A stretch of DNA of 64,000 nt from Phoronis australis (taxonomy: Eukaryota; Animalia; Phoronida), in NCBI GenBank assembly GCA_002633005.1, contig NMRA01000110.1, positions 556,623 through 620,622 of the forward strand. The letters run 5' to 3'. The position numbers were made by a program, and so were the translations under genes. Shown here one piece after another: positions 25,989 through 39,828 of this stretch. How positions within the stretch are numbered: the stretch's first letter is position 1; each line of letters begins with the position of its first letter. The notes below the pieces were generated by a model that had not been told where the DNA came from, made no database searches, and was given only the letters and a program-made list of their open reading frames with translations.

Positions 25989-27870
25989 AAGGACACTTAT
26001 TCAACGTGTAAAAAAGTTTTGGTCGTCGGGTCTTGTAATTTCTCTCTTTTAAGAGGATTTCCCTTTTTGGTTTTGATTTCCAATTTCTTCTCTTCCGTCT
26101 CTTTGTTAGCATTATTTCGACTTTATTCATGCAAAAACGTTTATTTCAGTTAAATTTACAGTGCAAAAAATATATCTTTCACACAAACCTATCTGTGGAA
26201 CGATAAATCACCTGGCAAATTATCCTCATTTTTCTCATTCATCATTTCAAGCCTTGGCTTGTGCATCCTGAGACGTACACCTATTCATCCTGAGGCATAC
26301 ACTGAGGCATCAAAAACCAGGTTGCTTGCTGGGCAACTGTATCAGAAAAAAGTGTGTCAGCCCGAAGTAAGCTCACCCAGTTTTTTATGTAGTGAGATTT
26401 TCAGGACTCAAAAATTCCATTTCGCACTGGCGCAACTGAGAAACTTGCTACAAATTGTAAATCGAAATTCGTTTGTTTAATTGGGCAGATGTTGCCTGCT
26501 GAGCAATGATGTCATTGCCATCACGTTTGCTAGAAACTCAAAATAACACACCTGCACATTTTGTAAAGTTGATGTTACAGCCAGTATAGAGAGGTCTTAT
26601 ATAAAGTGACTTTGTCCACCACTGGCGGAGTAGACCTGCCGTTTCACCTGTGTTCTATACCACCATTCAATTTCACCCTAAAAATCGCCAGTAAACTGTA
26701 GCACAATCCAAACAGAGTGTCTCGGGACAACTTTTATTCAACTATAGATTTCAATATCATAGAGAGCACTGTAATCTCCAAACTTTTGATTCTGTGAAGA
26801 GCTGGCGTGATTTACTCGTGATTCACTTAGTCAATGTGTAATGCTCAAGCTATGTATCTACTTCTTCACCACCAGGTGTCCTTTGTTGACACGAAGACGA
26901 GACATATTTGTTATTAGGGCTGTCTGTACACACTGCACGGCTGGGTTTAGCTGCTGAGTCAACACCATGCACATTGAATTATACACACAATGCTCCTTTT
27001 ACACAGACCGGAAGTGATACAGTGTGAATAGTGTTTGTCAAATAGAACTATTTTTATGTGTTAATTAAACCTAGTTCAATACATTAATTCTTAATCTCTG
27101 CTTGGGAATCTCAATGCTATTTTTGATCTGGCTTACGTAGCCTGCTATTATAAGAACACGGTCATGATAGCAACCACAAATGTATCTATAACACTTGTCT
27201 TGACTTGTGTTACCGAAGTCGATTCAGAACTTTACAGCATGACCATTAGCTTCAGTAGGTGTTTCTGCAGTTTGTGAAAAAGAATCTGATGAATTAGTAA
27301 CAAATTACTAATTTGTGTACATTTTTGTTTGTCGAAAACCAAATGATACCCTGTGAAAATGTTGTGTATTATATTCTCCCAAATTCAGTCTTGTCAAGGT
27401 GCACATTAAATTTCAGTGAAATTCAACAATTTCAAGTCATTAAAGCGTCATCGTTGTCCTAAATGTGCAGAACTAATGTGTCACTAACACTTTTGAACAT
27501 CACGATTGTAATTGTTGCAGTTAACCTTTTGATTGTGCAGTTGCTATTGAAGTGGATGACCGGAGGATGAAATTGGATAAAAAAGCTTTTAGGTTGCTCT
27601 GTCTGTTAATATGCTTGTATTGATTTCTACTTGTGTTGTTTTGTAACTCTGACTTCCTCTGAATAATCCATGATGAATTTCAGCTATTGCACGGATAGTG
27701 GTGATATACTTTCAGTTAGTTTTTATTTTGGCGGCGTTTAAATTTGTTGCAGTTGCTTTAAAATTGCTTGGAAAAAAGTTGAACTAGATCACAGATCACA
27801 GCAAGATTTTCTGTTCAAATCTCTGGTTTACACGTATTTTAACTATTACCTTGGGACTATGAAATATTCA

Positions 27871-28567
27871 CTTGCAATTGAAAGAACCGTCAATATACGC
27901 TGGGTCAGGGCTCATGTGGGAATTGATGGCAATGAGAATGCAGACAGACTCGCAAAGATAGGAGCAAGCGTTCTGCATTTTGTGCCTGAACCTGCTATTC
28001 TGGTATCTTACGGATGTTGCAGGATGAGTATACGCAACTGGGCACATACCCAGTCAGCAGCCCAGTGGGCATCACTTAACTCCTGCAGAGAGACCAAGGA
28101 GAATTTTCCCAACGTAATCGAACCAAAAGGTTCAAAAAGCCTTCTGAGTCTAGATAGATTGGGTATAAGACACGTCATTCAAATTTTGACGGGCCACTGC
28201 AACCTAGCCCGACACAGACACATTACTGGGCATATGGGGAGCCCTGTGTGTCCTGAGTGTGGTACTGACGTAGAATCTTCTAAACACCTGGTAGAGTCTT
28301 GCCCAGTCTTTTATAAGCTAAGGAGCAACCTACTGGATGGCACTGTTACATGCATACATCATATAGTGCATGGCAATAAATGGAAACGTCTGTCCGTTTT
28401 CCTAAAGGAGACTGGCAGACTTGAAAACTTTCTTCACGAGGAGCCATAATTGGGGTCTCGTGCCTTTGCGCAGGTGTTTTGTGCAATGGGCCCAACCATG
28501 AGGCCTGCGCACGTCTGATGCACCGCAAATGACATCAGACCACCTGCACTGTATTTTTGTTTTTTTT
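27871..28567 (+). mobile_element. 5'-truncated non-LTR retrotransposon (I/Loa/R1-group-like): RNase H C-terminus, CCHC knuckle and 3' UTR
   Basis: WVRAHVGIDGNENADRLAK (RNase H) and LTGHC...CPECG...H.VESC. 8-bp TSD aatattca (27863-70, 28568-75); T-rich tail. Confidence 0.88.
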
Positions 28568-30046
28568 AATATTCAATTTTTTCCATTTCACAGAAGGAAT
28601 GATTGATTTCTGAAATATGGAGTGTTTAACTATTGCTAAGTAACTTGGTTTGATGTACAGCATATTGTAGGCTGCCATAATATGCACGCTAACTTGTTAC
28701 ATTGTACGAACATTTTGACCCAATTGTTTTAACAACTCATTTTGTCCACATCCATTTTGACCAGTAGCATTTTATGGCAAGAAAATTTGACTTTTTGTGC
28801 GAGGAACACAGTCCGTTATAGAGTGGGAAAATTCCATTTCGGACTTATTTTTGAGTTGGATAAACCTTTTGAAATTGATAGCTTTTAACAGGGGACTGTT
28901 TTGTGAGCAGTTACTTAAAACCTAGGTTTGGTCTCACGTTATTCACAACTATTTCTGAAAAATAATCAAATCTCACCTAAGAAAAATGCTAAGCCTCAGA
29001 GAATATATAATTGTTAGTTATTGAGAAAATTGCTAGTAATTATTTCTAGACTCTGATGCTCTCATTATTACTTTGCTAAACTTTTATACACCAACTGTGA
29101 AGTGGGAACAGGAAACTAAATTTCTGACTTTAGTCACTTTCACGAAACAAGTCCCTGTTTTATAAAACAGTAGAAGCTGTTGCGTTTTTGTAATTTATAA
29201 GACACTGACAATGCTTCTAGCTTACTTGTTGCTAAATAGTCAACTGGAATGGAGCCAGTGTATTCAGTTGTAACCTTTAGGGATCATTTTGGATGTCTGG
29301 TATGTGTGGATAAAAGGGCAATATTTTCTCTCAATTTTTATCTTTAACGTTCAAATCCTACCAGGCAACATTTGTGAACAAAAAGCAGGACGGTGGAGTT
29401 AAAAAGGGGAGACATTTTGATAAAAGGCAGGACATCTGTGCCTATGCCAAATGCAAGATTGAAAGGTCAGTCAAGTTGGACAAAAACGCACCCTTTTCCT
29501 TTCATCCTTTCTTATCACAGTTGGAGGGGGTAGTACGCCTGCTAACAGAAACCTTGGAAATTATAATAAATACTGAATTACTTCTCAAAAACCAAAAAAA
29601 CTCGTGGCTGAATGACGCTACTGCAGACAGCCAAATTTTTGAAAGCCCCCAGGGATCATTGAGGAAAAACATTGCTATGGTTCACGTTAGTAGTTTTTTC
29701 TTTTTCGATTCTTTCATTTTTGGGCGGTAGGGTTTTAAAGTGCGATTTTGCCTGCGGTATGTTTGATAATTATTGATAATTATTTATAATTATTGGTTGC
29801 TTTGAACGGCTAACTTTATTTCAGTTAAACCAAACGTGTCCATAGTTGGATCTGTATTTTCATAACACAATAGACCCATGTCGCTAACTTGGCTGTGCTT
29901 GCCGTTTGCATTTAGTTTTGATCAGCTGTTATTTTAGTATCCATTTGGAATGCATAGGGGTCGTATCGGAAACAAAATTGGATAGTGGCATCATTTCAAT
30001 GAAGCTGTTGACTTGTGTTAGGCGTTTACAGCGCCTTAGTTAACAT

Positions 30047-31321
30047 TTTTATTATGTGCCCACATATTTATATGTCATCTCCGTCCGTCTGTCCTGGCGG
30101 CATCCGGCCGCCTTCCGCTGCTCTATCTCCAAAACCCTTTGACATACGTTCATGAAATTTGGCATATATGTTCGATTCATGAATGGGACGGCATGAGCGA
30201 ACTTTCGGACGGATCCGACTACCGGTGTGCCCCCTAGTGGCAATTTTAGTTTTTTACGCTTACCTTTGTATCTTCAAAAGTCCTGAACGGATTTTCATGA
30301 AATGTGGTATGTCGGCACCTATTAGTGAGATGACGCTATCCTCCCGTTTTCAGATAGATTGGACGTAGTTTGTGCCACCTAGTGGCCATTTTTATCGTTT
30401 TTGAGTCTGTTTTTTTGCGTCCACCCCTCTATCAACCAAACCGCTCGAAGTATGATTGTGAAAATTGGCACGTATGTTCTTACTATGAGGAGGATGGTTG
30501 ACGATGATTTTCCGACGATTTTGACTACTGTGGCGCCTCCTAGTGGCAGTTTTGTTTTTTGCGCCTATGGCTGTATCTCCTAAACTGTTCGCAGGATCTT
30601 TACTTAAATTTAGCAAGTGTATTTATGGGATGTTGACTACGGATGACGACGACTTTCAGACAGATCTGACTACTGTTGTGCCCCCTAGTGTCAATTTTAG
30701 TTTTTTACGTGTAACTCAGTATCTTCAAAGGTCCTCAACAGATTTTTATAAAATTTTAAATCTAGGTATCTATTGGTGTGATGATGCTATCTCCCTGTTT
30801 TTGGATGGAATCGAGGTATTTTGCACCACCTAGTGGCCACTTTTGCTGTTTTCAAATCTTGTTTTTGGTGTCCATCCCTGTATCAACCAGATCATTTGAA
30901 AATTGGCATATATGTTCTCAGTGTGAAGACGACCTTTGATGATAGTGACTGATTACTGTGTCGCCTCCTAGTGGTAGTTTTGATTTGCGCCCACAGTTAT
31001 ATCTCTTAAACCCACTGCAGGATCTTTACTAAATTTAGTAAGGGTATTTATTTGAAGATAACAACAGACGACGACCACTTTCAGGCGGATCCAACGGACA
31101 CTGTGCCCACTAGTGGCAATTTCATTTTATTCTGTTTTCCTTTGTTTCTCTAAAGTTCCTTGACAGATTTTTATGAAATATGGCATGTTCCTGTTTTTGG
31201 ATGGATTGTATGTTTTTGCGCCATCTAGTTTCCATTTTTATGATACAAATAAACAACCCTGAAAGCACACCATTTGCAATGCATTCGTGGGCGCATTTCA
31301 ATGCTCCGCGTTGCTCTTGTT
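30047..31321 (+). mobile_element. Non-autonomous Helentron (HINE/DINE-1-like) with central ~145-160-bp tandem repeats
   Basis: T-rich insertion site; sub-TIRs atgtgcccac (30054) / gtgggcgcat (31287); tccgtccgtctgtcc microsatellite near the 5' end; 3' hairpin caatgc-tcc-gcgttg followed by ctcttgtt. Confidence 0.75.
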
Positions 31322-32900
31322 TGTGTTCCTGACTGTATTCCCAGACCCCCCACCAGTTGTTGTCAATGATCATCATGAGTCTTTTGGATGCAATGTCATA
31401 TCGGTGAAGTGATTATTTCCAAAAAAGTACTTAAATCATCAAATCTACAGTTATTTTGTTGTAACCAGTTCTTGTTATTTCAGTAAAGTTTAACCAGTTC
31501 CTGCCAAAGTGATTGCTGAATATTATTTCTCGTTTTTTTTCATTTTTCCGTCTTATTTTCAAAATTGGTGATATTTTACTCTACTGTATGTGGTTTGTGT
31601 TTCGTTTCCAGATACGTAATTAGTGAAAGGTCATTCACATGAGTCTGCAAGGACTGTATTCCCAAAACAAAGCCTGAGTTGTTTTTGCCAATACGAAAAT
31701 TTGCTCGTTGATCGTATCCAATTTCCTGTTGTTTTGCACCTCAGCAACACTGGTAAAAACGTAGAGTTAGGAAAAGCATTTAAGCAGTTTCCGTGGTTGT
31801 CAAGGACAACCGATTGATTTATGTATTATGTGAGACGGTTGGATTGGAGTTGTAGCTACTTAAGATTTCCAATTTCTCTGGAAACAATCTTGTCTATTTC
31901 ATGTGATTGTCACCTTTTGATAATCCTGGATTCGGAGTAATTGATAAATAGAATAATTAATAAATTTAAAGTATGTGATTGCATTCATACTAGAATAGCT
32001 TGACAACTTGAGATGGAAATTGAGACATCGGTAGTTGTCATCATCTTCAAAACATCTTGCTCAACATTTGCATGACTTTATTACATAAGATTCTTAGTCA
32101 CGTAAGTTTGTNCATTGTCTGTGAAGAGGAATATTCACAGGGAGACCTTTACAAGTTTACAAGTTTACATGGTCACTCACTGATAAAATGTAGTTACAAT
32201 TTTGAATCGCTTCATTTAAAACAAATCAAAAGAATCAAGAGATGGTGGTTTGACAGCACATTTTCATCATTATATGGATGCAGTGGAGAGATAGTGATAG
32301 TTAAATGTTTTCTATTTCTGTTGTCCTAAGATTTATAATAGCTTGATTTTATTTTGATTATTGTAAGTGTATATTGTCAACTGTGGATGTTTGATATAGT
32401 TTGTTTATCTTGATACTGGCTAAGGGTATCTATCTGCACCTTTTTACAAGACTGTAACTGATATGCTAATAGTCATTTACAAGGGTCCCGGATTTTGAGA
32501 AGCAGTTTGATGGCGGTTATTCATTAGAGAAAACTGGTTCTAAAAACATTGGAAGACCTGTAAGTGGCTATTAGTGCAGATATCACCATAAACTAGAAGT
32601 GATGTAATGAGCGTATCACATTGTGTAAAATCCGTGTTTGACAGTCCTCCAGTAATGATTAACTATTCTTTTTCAGACCATCACCCACTGTGATGTCCTC
32701 CGTTGTATCTGTTGATGTCCTTCGTTGTCCCCGGTGATGTCCTCCGTTGTCGCCGGTGATGCCCCATGGATACTGCCGTTCTAGTCACTTCATAGTTGGT
32801 CATAAGTTACCTGAGACCTGACTGATATAACTAAGTTGTGTACAGCTAAATCACAGAGATGTATCCGAGCATTCAGCCTCTGCCACAGAAAAGTATCTAA

Positions 32901-33046
32901 CTATGACAGGGCTAAGTATATACCTGTACTATGACAGGGCTAAGTATATACCTGTACTATGACAGGGCTAAGTATATCCCTGTACTATGACGGGGCTAAG
33001 TATATCCCTGTACTATGACAGGGCTAAGTATATCCCTGTACTATGA
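32901..33046. repeat. 28-bp tandem repeat, 5 copies
   Basis: Unit ctatgacagggctaagtatatacctgta. Confidence 0.92.
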
Positions 33047-34964
33047 TAGTCAAATATAGGGCCGTCTCCTTCCTACCTCTAACCTGAACATGAAGTGCAC
33101 AAAATTAACTGCACAAACTTTAGCCAGGCATGTCCTTGATGTAGCAGCAACTGGTTTCTACCGCTGAAAGGAAACGAGAGATCAAATTGCATTCTAAATT
33201 AAGCAGTACAGTCTAAGAAGGGTGGGTCAAAACTGACATTTGTTTTACTTGCCAAAATGGTGGTTGGTGATATTTTAGGGGGTGTAAATTATCTCCTGTT
33301 GCAAGCATTTCATTGGATATTCTATGTTGTGAGTGACCTGGTTTATACTTTTTGCTTCAGGTAGTAAAGAGCAAGAGTTGCTCCTTTAAGGATCTTAAAG
33401 ACAAGAATTATAATTAAGACAAACGTTTGTGATTCCAAGTGTTGTTTATGTTTTTACTTGAATGTAGGCAACCAACAACTATGAAGTACGTATGTTGTGG
33501 TCTTGGTTATTAGGGTCAATTTTAAGGTGTCCCTAATGCTGAAAAAATCTGCTTATGACAAAGAGGCTTCACAGTTGTTTGTCTTAACCTTAGACCAACT
33601 AATTTCTGTCACAAAAGAGTATTTCCTGCTTTCAATACGGTCGTCTTGTCCTGTATACCAAATGTTCACTAGTGCTGCCGCGTTTACCAAGTCTTCACTA
33701 GTGCTTTCGATGGTACAACTCTGTGCTTTTCTTGTTCATGTTTTTTTCTACTGCTGTTATCATAGTGTAGGCCAAATTTGAGACCTGTGATGCTATCTGA
33801 TAAGATAAAGTTCTTCACTTCAAATATGTGTAGAATGTAAATGGTTGTACGTAAAGCATTGATTAGTCTCTGACACGCCATCTGTTGGTCGCATCTCGTT
33901 ACCTATTGCAGGGGTGTGGCGATGCATTTCAAAAGATGCTTTAGATCATTGCCTGCTTTCATCAGCCATTTTACATTCCAATTCAACCAAGAAAATATGA
34001 GAAATGTCAAAACTTCGTTCACGTTCGTCATATGTATTCACCGTTTCCAAGAAGGACAATAAAGACTAGCCTTCTTTCAAAAAAGCAACTTTTGATTTTG
34101 ACCACTTGCCATATAGAATTGCTTCATAATAGGCTCAGGGAAATTTGCTTGGAGAGTTAAAGCCACAAAAGCAGTACGGGGGGGGGGGNTGATAGACTTG
34201 AGCCTGATGCAGCGTCATGTTCTGGTATAGAACCATTTGTTTAAATTTTCAATGTGGTGATTTACACATGATAATACTATGGACCAAATGGCATTCACTG
34301 TTTGCTTAGTGAACAATACAATTCACCACTGCTAACTTGATCTAGTTTCAAGTTTGTTACAAAGATCTGATCTAGTTAACATTGACTGTGACTGTCAGCA
34401 TTATATACAGCCACGCTAAGGTGTTACTTATTGTTTGGTCTTCGTAATCAACATGACACGACATCATTAAATCTTGCTTCTTTGTGCTTTTGTGTGTCAT
34501 TTGTAATTTTGTTAATTACAATTTAAACAATAAAGAATGGATTCCTTTCTTGACTGAATTTGTTTTTAATACTTTTTCTTTCTTTTCTTCACTGACATCA
34601 GATTCACCGGTTATTTGATACTTGGGGAGATTGTACTCCTTGTGGTTGCACACTGGTAAGTACTGCTGTTCATCTGCAACCTTTACACATTTTGTTTTGT
34701 TCTCTGCTGTTTGCATGTTCATTGCTAGTAAAGATTTTGGTCACAATATGCTAAAGGCATTCACAAATGCGGGGCTATGACCATCTTTGTTGTGACTGAA
34801 CTCGGCTAAAATTGCCACTCCCCCTGTGGGGTGTACCTGTTAAAGGGCAAGCATAGAAACTAAGGTTTGGTTCATTACTACTAAGCTGGTCCTTGCTCAA
34901 ATGAGAAGTTGTTTTTTGAAAAGATGTGACAGTTTGTCGTTCCTCGAGATTATGCTTGGCAAAT

Positions 34965-35219
34965 AATATAAGATGCGATGACAAGTCAACTTGTAGAAGC
35001 AGTTCTTGAGTCATAGAACACAGTCAATAATATAAGTCACCATGACAAGTCGGCTTGTAGAAGCTGTTCTTGAGTCATAGTGCACAGTCAATATTGTAAG
35101 ACGTCATGGCAAGTCCACTTGTAGAAGCTGTTCTTGAGTCATAGTGCACAGTCAATAATATAAGTCACCATGACAAGTCGGCTTGTAGAAGCTGTTCTTG
35201 AGTCATAGTGCACTGTCAA
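34965..35219. repeat. 64-bp tandem repeat, 4 copies
   Basis: atgacaagtc..cttgtagaagc.gttcttgagtcatag at 34978, 35042, 35106 and 35170. Confidence 0.92.
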
Positions 35220-38200
35220 CTCTCCAAGCCCAGGAACCACACACAGTTTGTTGGTCTTAACTGAGGTTCAATTTTGACCTATTTCATAGCAGTAACAGGT
35301 CTAAATCAAAACTTTTTTTGACGGGAGCGGGTTCATAGCCAGCTTATTAAGTTAGTTTACACATGTGGTAAAGGCGTCTTCCAGATATTCTTGGAGCAAT
35401 GAGTTGACACACATCTGTGGAGCTTATCATTGTAAAGGATATTTTAAATACAGCATGAAGACAGACATTCTGTGCATTCCTAGATCGTAACTTGCCTTCA
35501 AAAGTTCTAGTGTCGCTTTGAGATGCTAACTTTGTTCATATTAAGAACGTTAACCATTGGGTGAAGCTGAAAAGTGTCTCCCGAAAATGTTTTTGTGAGG
35601 AAAAGGTTTGCGCTGCGGATAAAAATATGTTGTGAGTAAAAAGACGTTCTGCACCATTTTTATTTGGGTGTGACTGAGTGCATGCAACATCCGTAAGCTT
35701 TTTGTATTTCTTTTGTTGAAAAATCTTGGAATTGTGAGTGACTTTGTTTGAAATACATCATGAGATGATGAAGCTATTATGTTTTAGTACTCGAATTAAT
35801 GTTGTTATGTTCAGCTGCTACTTACAGAAATATCTCACTTTCAAGTAAGTGCAATTCTGTGAATGGTAGGAAATAAACGATATGGATTGGCATTCAAACA
35901 ATTTCAATAATAATTTGACCTCCAAGCGCTATCCTCATAATCAACTTATGTTTTCTTGCCAATAAGATTTTCACAGTTGGCCTATTTCTGTTCAGATTGC
36001 CAGCAAGTGCAGTGATGGATTGGGTTACAGACGCATAATGTATTGTTTGTTATGAATATTAGGGGCCCCATGTCCAGGACAATGCTTATTTGTTATTCAT
36101 AACTAAAGTCGTCTATACTTCAATGGCCTACTTTTTGGGCACAAATAGGTTCATTTATTTATTCACTTGGGTATGCTATATATAAACCATTGCCCACATT
36201 GCTATTGAAAGTTCTTATAACTTGCCTTCTGCTATTCTTAAAACCATGATTGGGTTTCTTGTGATGTCGACATCACAATGTTCTGTCGCTTTCTCTTGGA
36301 TTGAATCTATACAGCATGACTGCCTCCTCCATCACCCATTTATTCGTTGCTTACAATATTGTAACAGTTATATTACAATGAACTTTTTCCATTTCCTGGT
36401 AGCTTGTACTTCATCAGTATGGGTACAGGAGCTGTTGTCACAAGAGGCCTGTTGATCACTAGGGGGTGCTGATCTAAAGTTGTATGAGCAGAGCAATTGC
36501 TCATTTGCAATGACAGCAGTAAAACACTGGCGAAAATAAATCGATATATTGTGGACTAAAACTAGTGATTTTTTAAACTCTTCTAAATTAAATTTCTCTT
36601 GTGAAAAGTTATGTTACTTTAAGGTCATTTTTACCTGAAGCAAAACGATGAAAATTAGCTAAAATGGATGTGTTACGATTTGGTTCTCTGGTACCCATTT
36701 TGGTAACTCTTTGAACCGTGGTGGGTATAAGTTGCCCTGGGAATTTTGATGTTGGGTTAAAGTCTCCGAGAACACTTAACAAACTGATACCTGAATGTAG
36801 CCTCGAATTGGAAACCCGGTGTTGTCTGGAGTTCAGGAAGGAGAGGCTTTTGTAAGCTTTTCGTGATTATACAAGTTTTAAGATCGATAATCTCATCTAT
36901 TATAAAGTGAACTCTCCAAAGAAAAATCAATGTCAATTTTTGTCGATGTTTGAGGGAAAGTCAAATTTTCCACTTTCTTAATTTTCCCAGGCCTGTCTTT
37001 TTGTCAATATTAATTTCAGATCAATTTTATGCCTACTCTAATTTAATGGCTCGGTTTTAATGGCAGATTATACACAGTGATAGTTATTGCTAGTAAGAAG
37101 GTCCTTCTAATGTGAGGAGGTGAATTTTGGTTGGCCCTTTCTCATTGGTTCCTGTTGTGTAGTGCATGAAAGGACTGGGTCATAAATAGTGTTATTACAT
37201 AGCAACTGCCACAATGCCATCAACAGGGGACATTTGTACAGTCATTGTATACAAATTCTTTAAGTACATTGTCATGTATATACACTCTGTATTGATCTTT
37301 AGTCCTAGGCTCTTGGTGGCAATATCAATGAAGTTGTATGCTGGTTACTGGTGCTGTGTTGGTGCCTTGTATAGAGTTTGTGAGTGTGAATTTGGTGAAT
37401 ACATGCTCTGTGAATTCACTCAAGTACTGGTCCACACAGCAGTCTACTGTTCAACAGTGTTGTCCAGCTAACTAGGTTCTGTTGCACCTGCTGCAGGCAC
37501 ATGGCTGACCAGCTGATTATTTTTCAAAAAATGTTTGAGACCACTTAGGTGTTACTGTTAGGTTTGTCAGGTTTAGATGGTTCAAAAATACTTTTTGGAT
37601 TGCTTAATTTTTCTTTAAAATTTTTTGTTGCACAGTTTGTGGTCATTGCTACTGCCCACAATTGAATCTTCACAGTGGTAGTTTTGAGTTAGCCTGCTAG
37701 GCTGATAAAATATGCCCATCACCTAGGTTACGAGTCATGACAGAATTAGTGTTATTCTCAACAGAAGTAATTAGCTTTAATTGGTTCCTCTGTGACTCTG
37801 TTCACTAATTCTCTCGGCATAGTTATTAACTGGTTATTGTTATAGCAACTGTTTGCAGAATAATTTTTAGTAGAGATGCATTTTTACTTCTTGTGGTGCT
37901 GTTTGTAGTTGCACAAATCAAGTCATGTTGCTCGTCGCATATATCAGCAATCAATCAAATAATTTTAGCGAAACAAAGTTCAGTAAGAATGGATCATTTG
38001 GTTGTGTTAGATATTCACGAAAAAAATTATTACTGTTAAAAATTTTGCTTGAGTATTTCATCTACAGAAGGCACACGTTAATGCGTTGACCGTCGTCCAC
38101 CAGCCAGTCATGTGAAGCGTCAGTTAAACTTGCTCATCACACACTGGGGTCGACCATCTCCCTGCGAAATAATTCTAGATAAAATCATGTGCTGTTATGG

Positions 38201-39609
38201 ACAATATACAGCAGTATCTTATGACATCTTGCTTAATTGACACTAGCGCTATTGAATTCGACCCTGATCGCATTGTTTGCAGTTATTAGTTGTCTATCAG
38301 TGATGTCATAGGTTTTCTTTGTGCAAGGCCTGAGTATGCTACTTATCACTGTAAAAGGAATTGTTTGGAGTAGTTTAGCTTTAAAGTCTCTTTCACACTA
38401 ACGTCGATGCGTCCATATTTTGGGGAGTTGTGGTCAGTATTAATGGTTAAATTCGCTCCTTGATTGAAGTTAACAGCACCAGTTAACTTCGCAGTAAACA
38501 GGTGGTTGTATCAGTGGAGCATCGATGCTGCGATGCGGTACGAACAGTCAACTTCAGTCCCATCGAAGTTTTCACCAGATGCCTATGTTATCGTCAACAA
38601 TTAAAGGGCAGTATCGCTGACACTAGCTAATATTTTGCTCGAATCATCATCAATTGAATTAATGAGTTTTATGTTAATTATGTTGTCAAGTTGTCGCTGG
38701 CCAATAAAAAAATCTTAGCATGCATGCAATGCATCAGCACCACCTTGTGATTTCTTTGATGACAATCGCAGCGCCACCTACTGTTTACTTTGATGCCATT
38801 AACTACCAAAGCTGGTATGAATTGACGATTCAATTAACTTTGCAGTTTTCTTTGATGTTTTACTCATACCGAAGTTACGTTAGTGTGAAAGGGCTTTGTG
38901 TACAACTTTGGACTACAGCCACTTGTCTTAAGGGGTCCTGGATTTTGGTAACCAGTTTGAGGTCCATTATTGAGTGGAGTGGTTCTCGAAATGTGGGATA
39001 CCTGTAAGTCGCAAGCTTCCAATTTTCTTCTTTGTAATTTTTTTGAGATTGGCCAATAGGGGAATGTGTTTAATCATTTTACTTAGACGTCCAATCAACA
39101 GGAAGTTATGTTTAACCTGAAATAACATAATTGTGATGTAGAGTGACTTATTTCTGAATGACGCACAATTACTGTGTTAAGCCATGGTAATACCTTATTA
39201 TTGTGTAACAGTACATTCTTTAGGATCAGTTTCATCCATATTGCAAAGTATTTATTGATCTGTAATATACCATTAAGAAGAGATCAATGTTGAGAACAAA
39301 ACATGAAAGTACTATTTTCACACCAGTTCATCAATTATTTATTCACAGTTTTGGAATGCTATTGGTCAGGAGGTCACGGTTTCTCCTCAAGGATTCACCA
39401 TGTCATGCCTGTTTTGGTTTGCAGTTGGCAGATATTTGTAGGCTTTTGTTGGAAGACCCTGCTATCTGACAACTTCAAAGCTCACACATTTGGTATCTAG
39501 TGTACGCTATGTTCATTAAAAGGATTTGCAGTGGACCAAACATACTTCAACACAGTAAAAGTCTGCACTTTATTGGAACCGTTTTACGACTAGTTTTGTG
39601 AAATTGATC

Positions 39610-39828
39610 TGAAATAGACCTGTTAACCGTTACAGAGCAAGGGCCCTTACAAATAAATTATGAAATAGACCTGTTAATTGTTACAGAGCAAGGGCCCTTA
39701 CTAATATATATGAAATAGACCTGTTAATTGTTACAGAGCAAGGGCCCTTACTAATTAATATATATGAAATAGACCTGTTAATTGTTACAGAGCAAGGGCC
39801 CTTACTCCTATATTATGAACTAGACCTG
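39610..39828. repeat. ~50-bp tandem repeat, 4 copies
   Basis: tgaaatagacctgttaattgttacagagcaagggcccttac repeated. Confidence 0.9.

Noticed and set aside
27859-28449. 196-aa ORF as a host RNase H gene
   Set aside because: The ATG lies in flanking DNA outside the TSD, the RNase H N-terminus is missing, and a second decayed copy shows it is a retroelement.
28513-28545. Hammerhead ribozyme in the LINE 3' UTR
   Set aside because: Reads CTGATGC rather than CTGATGA, and there is no GAAA core.
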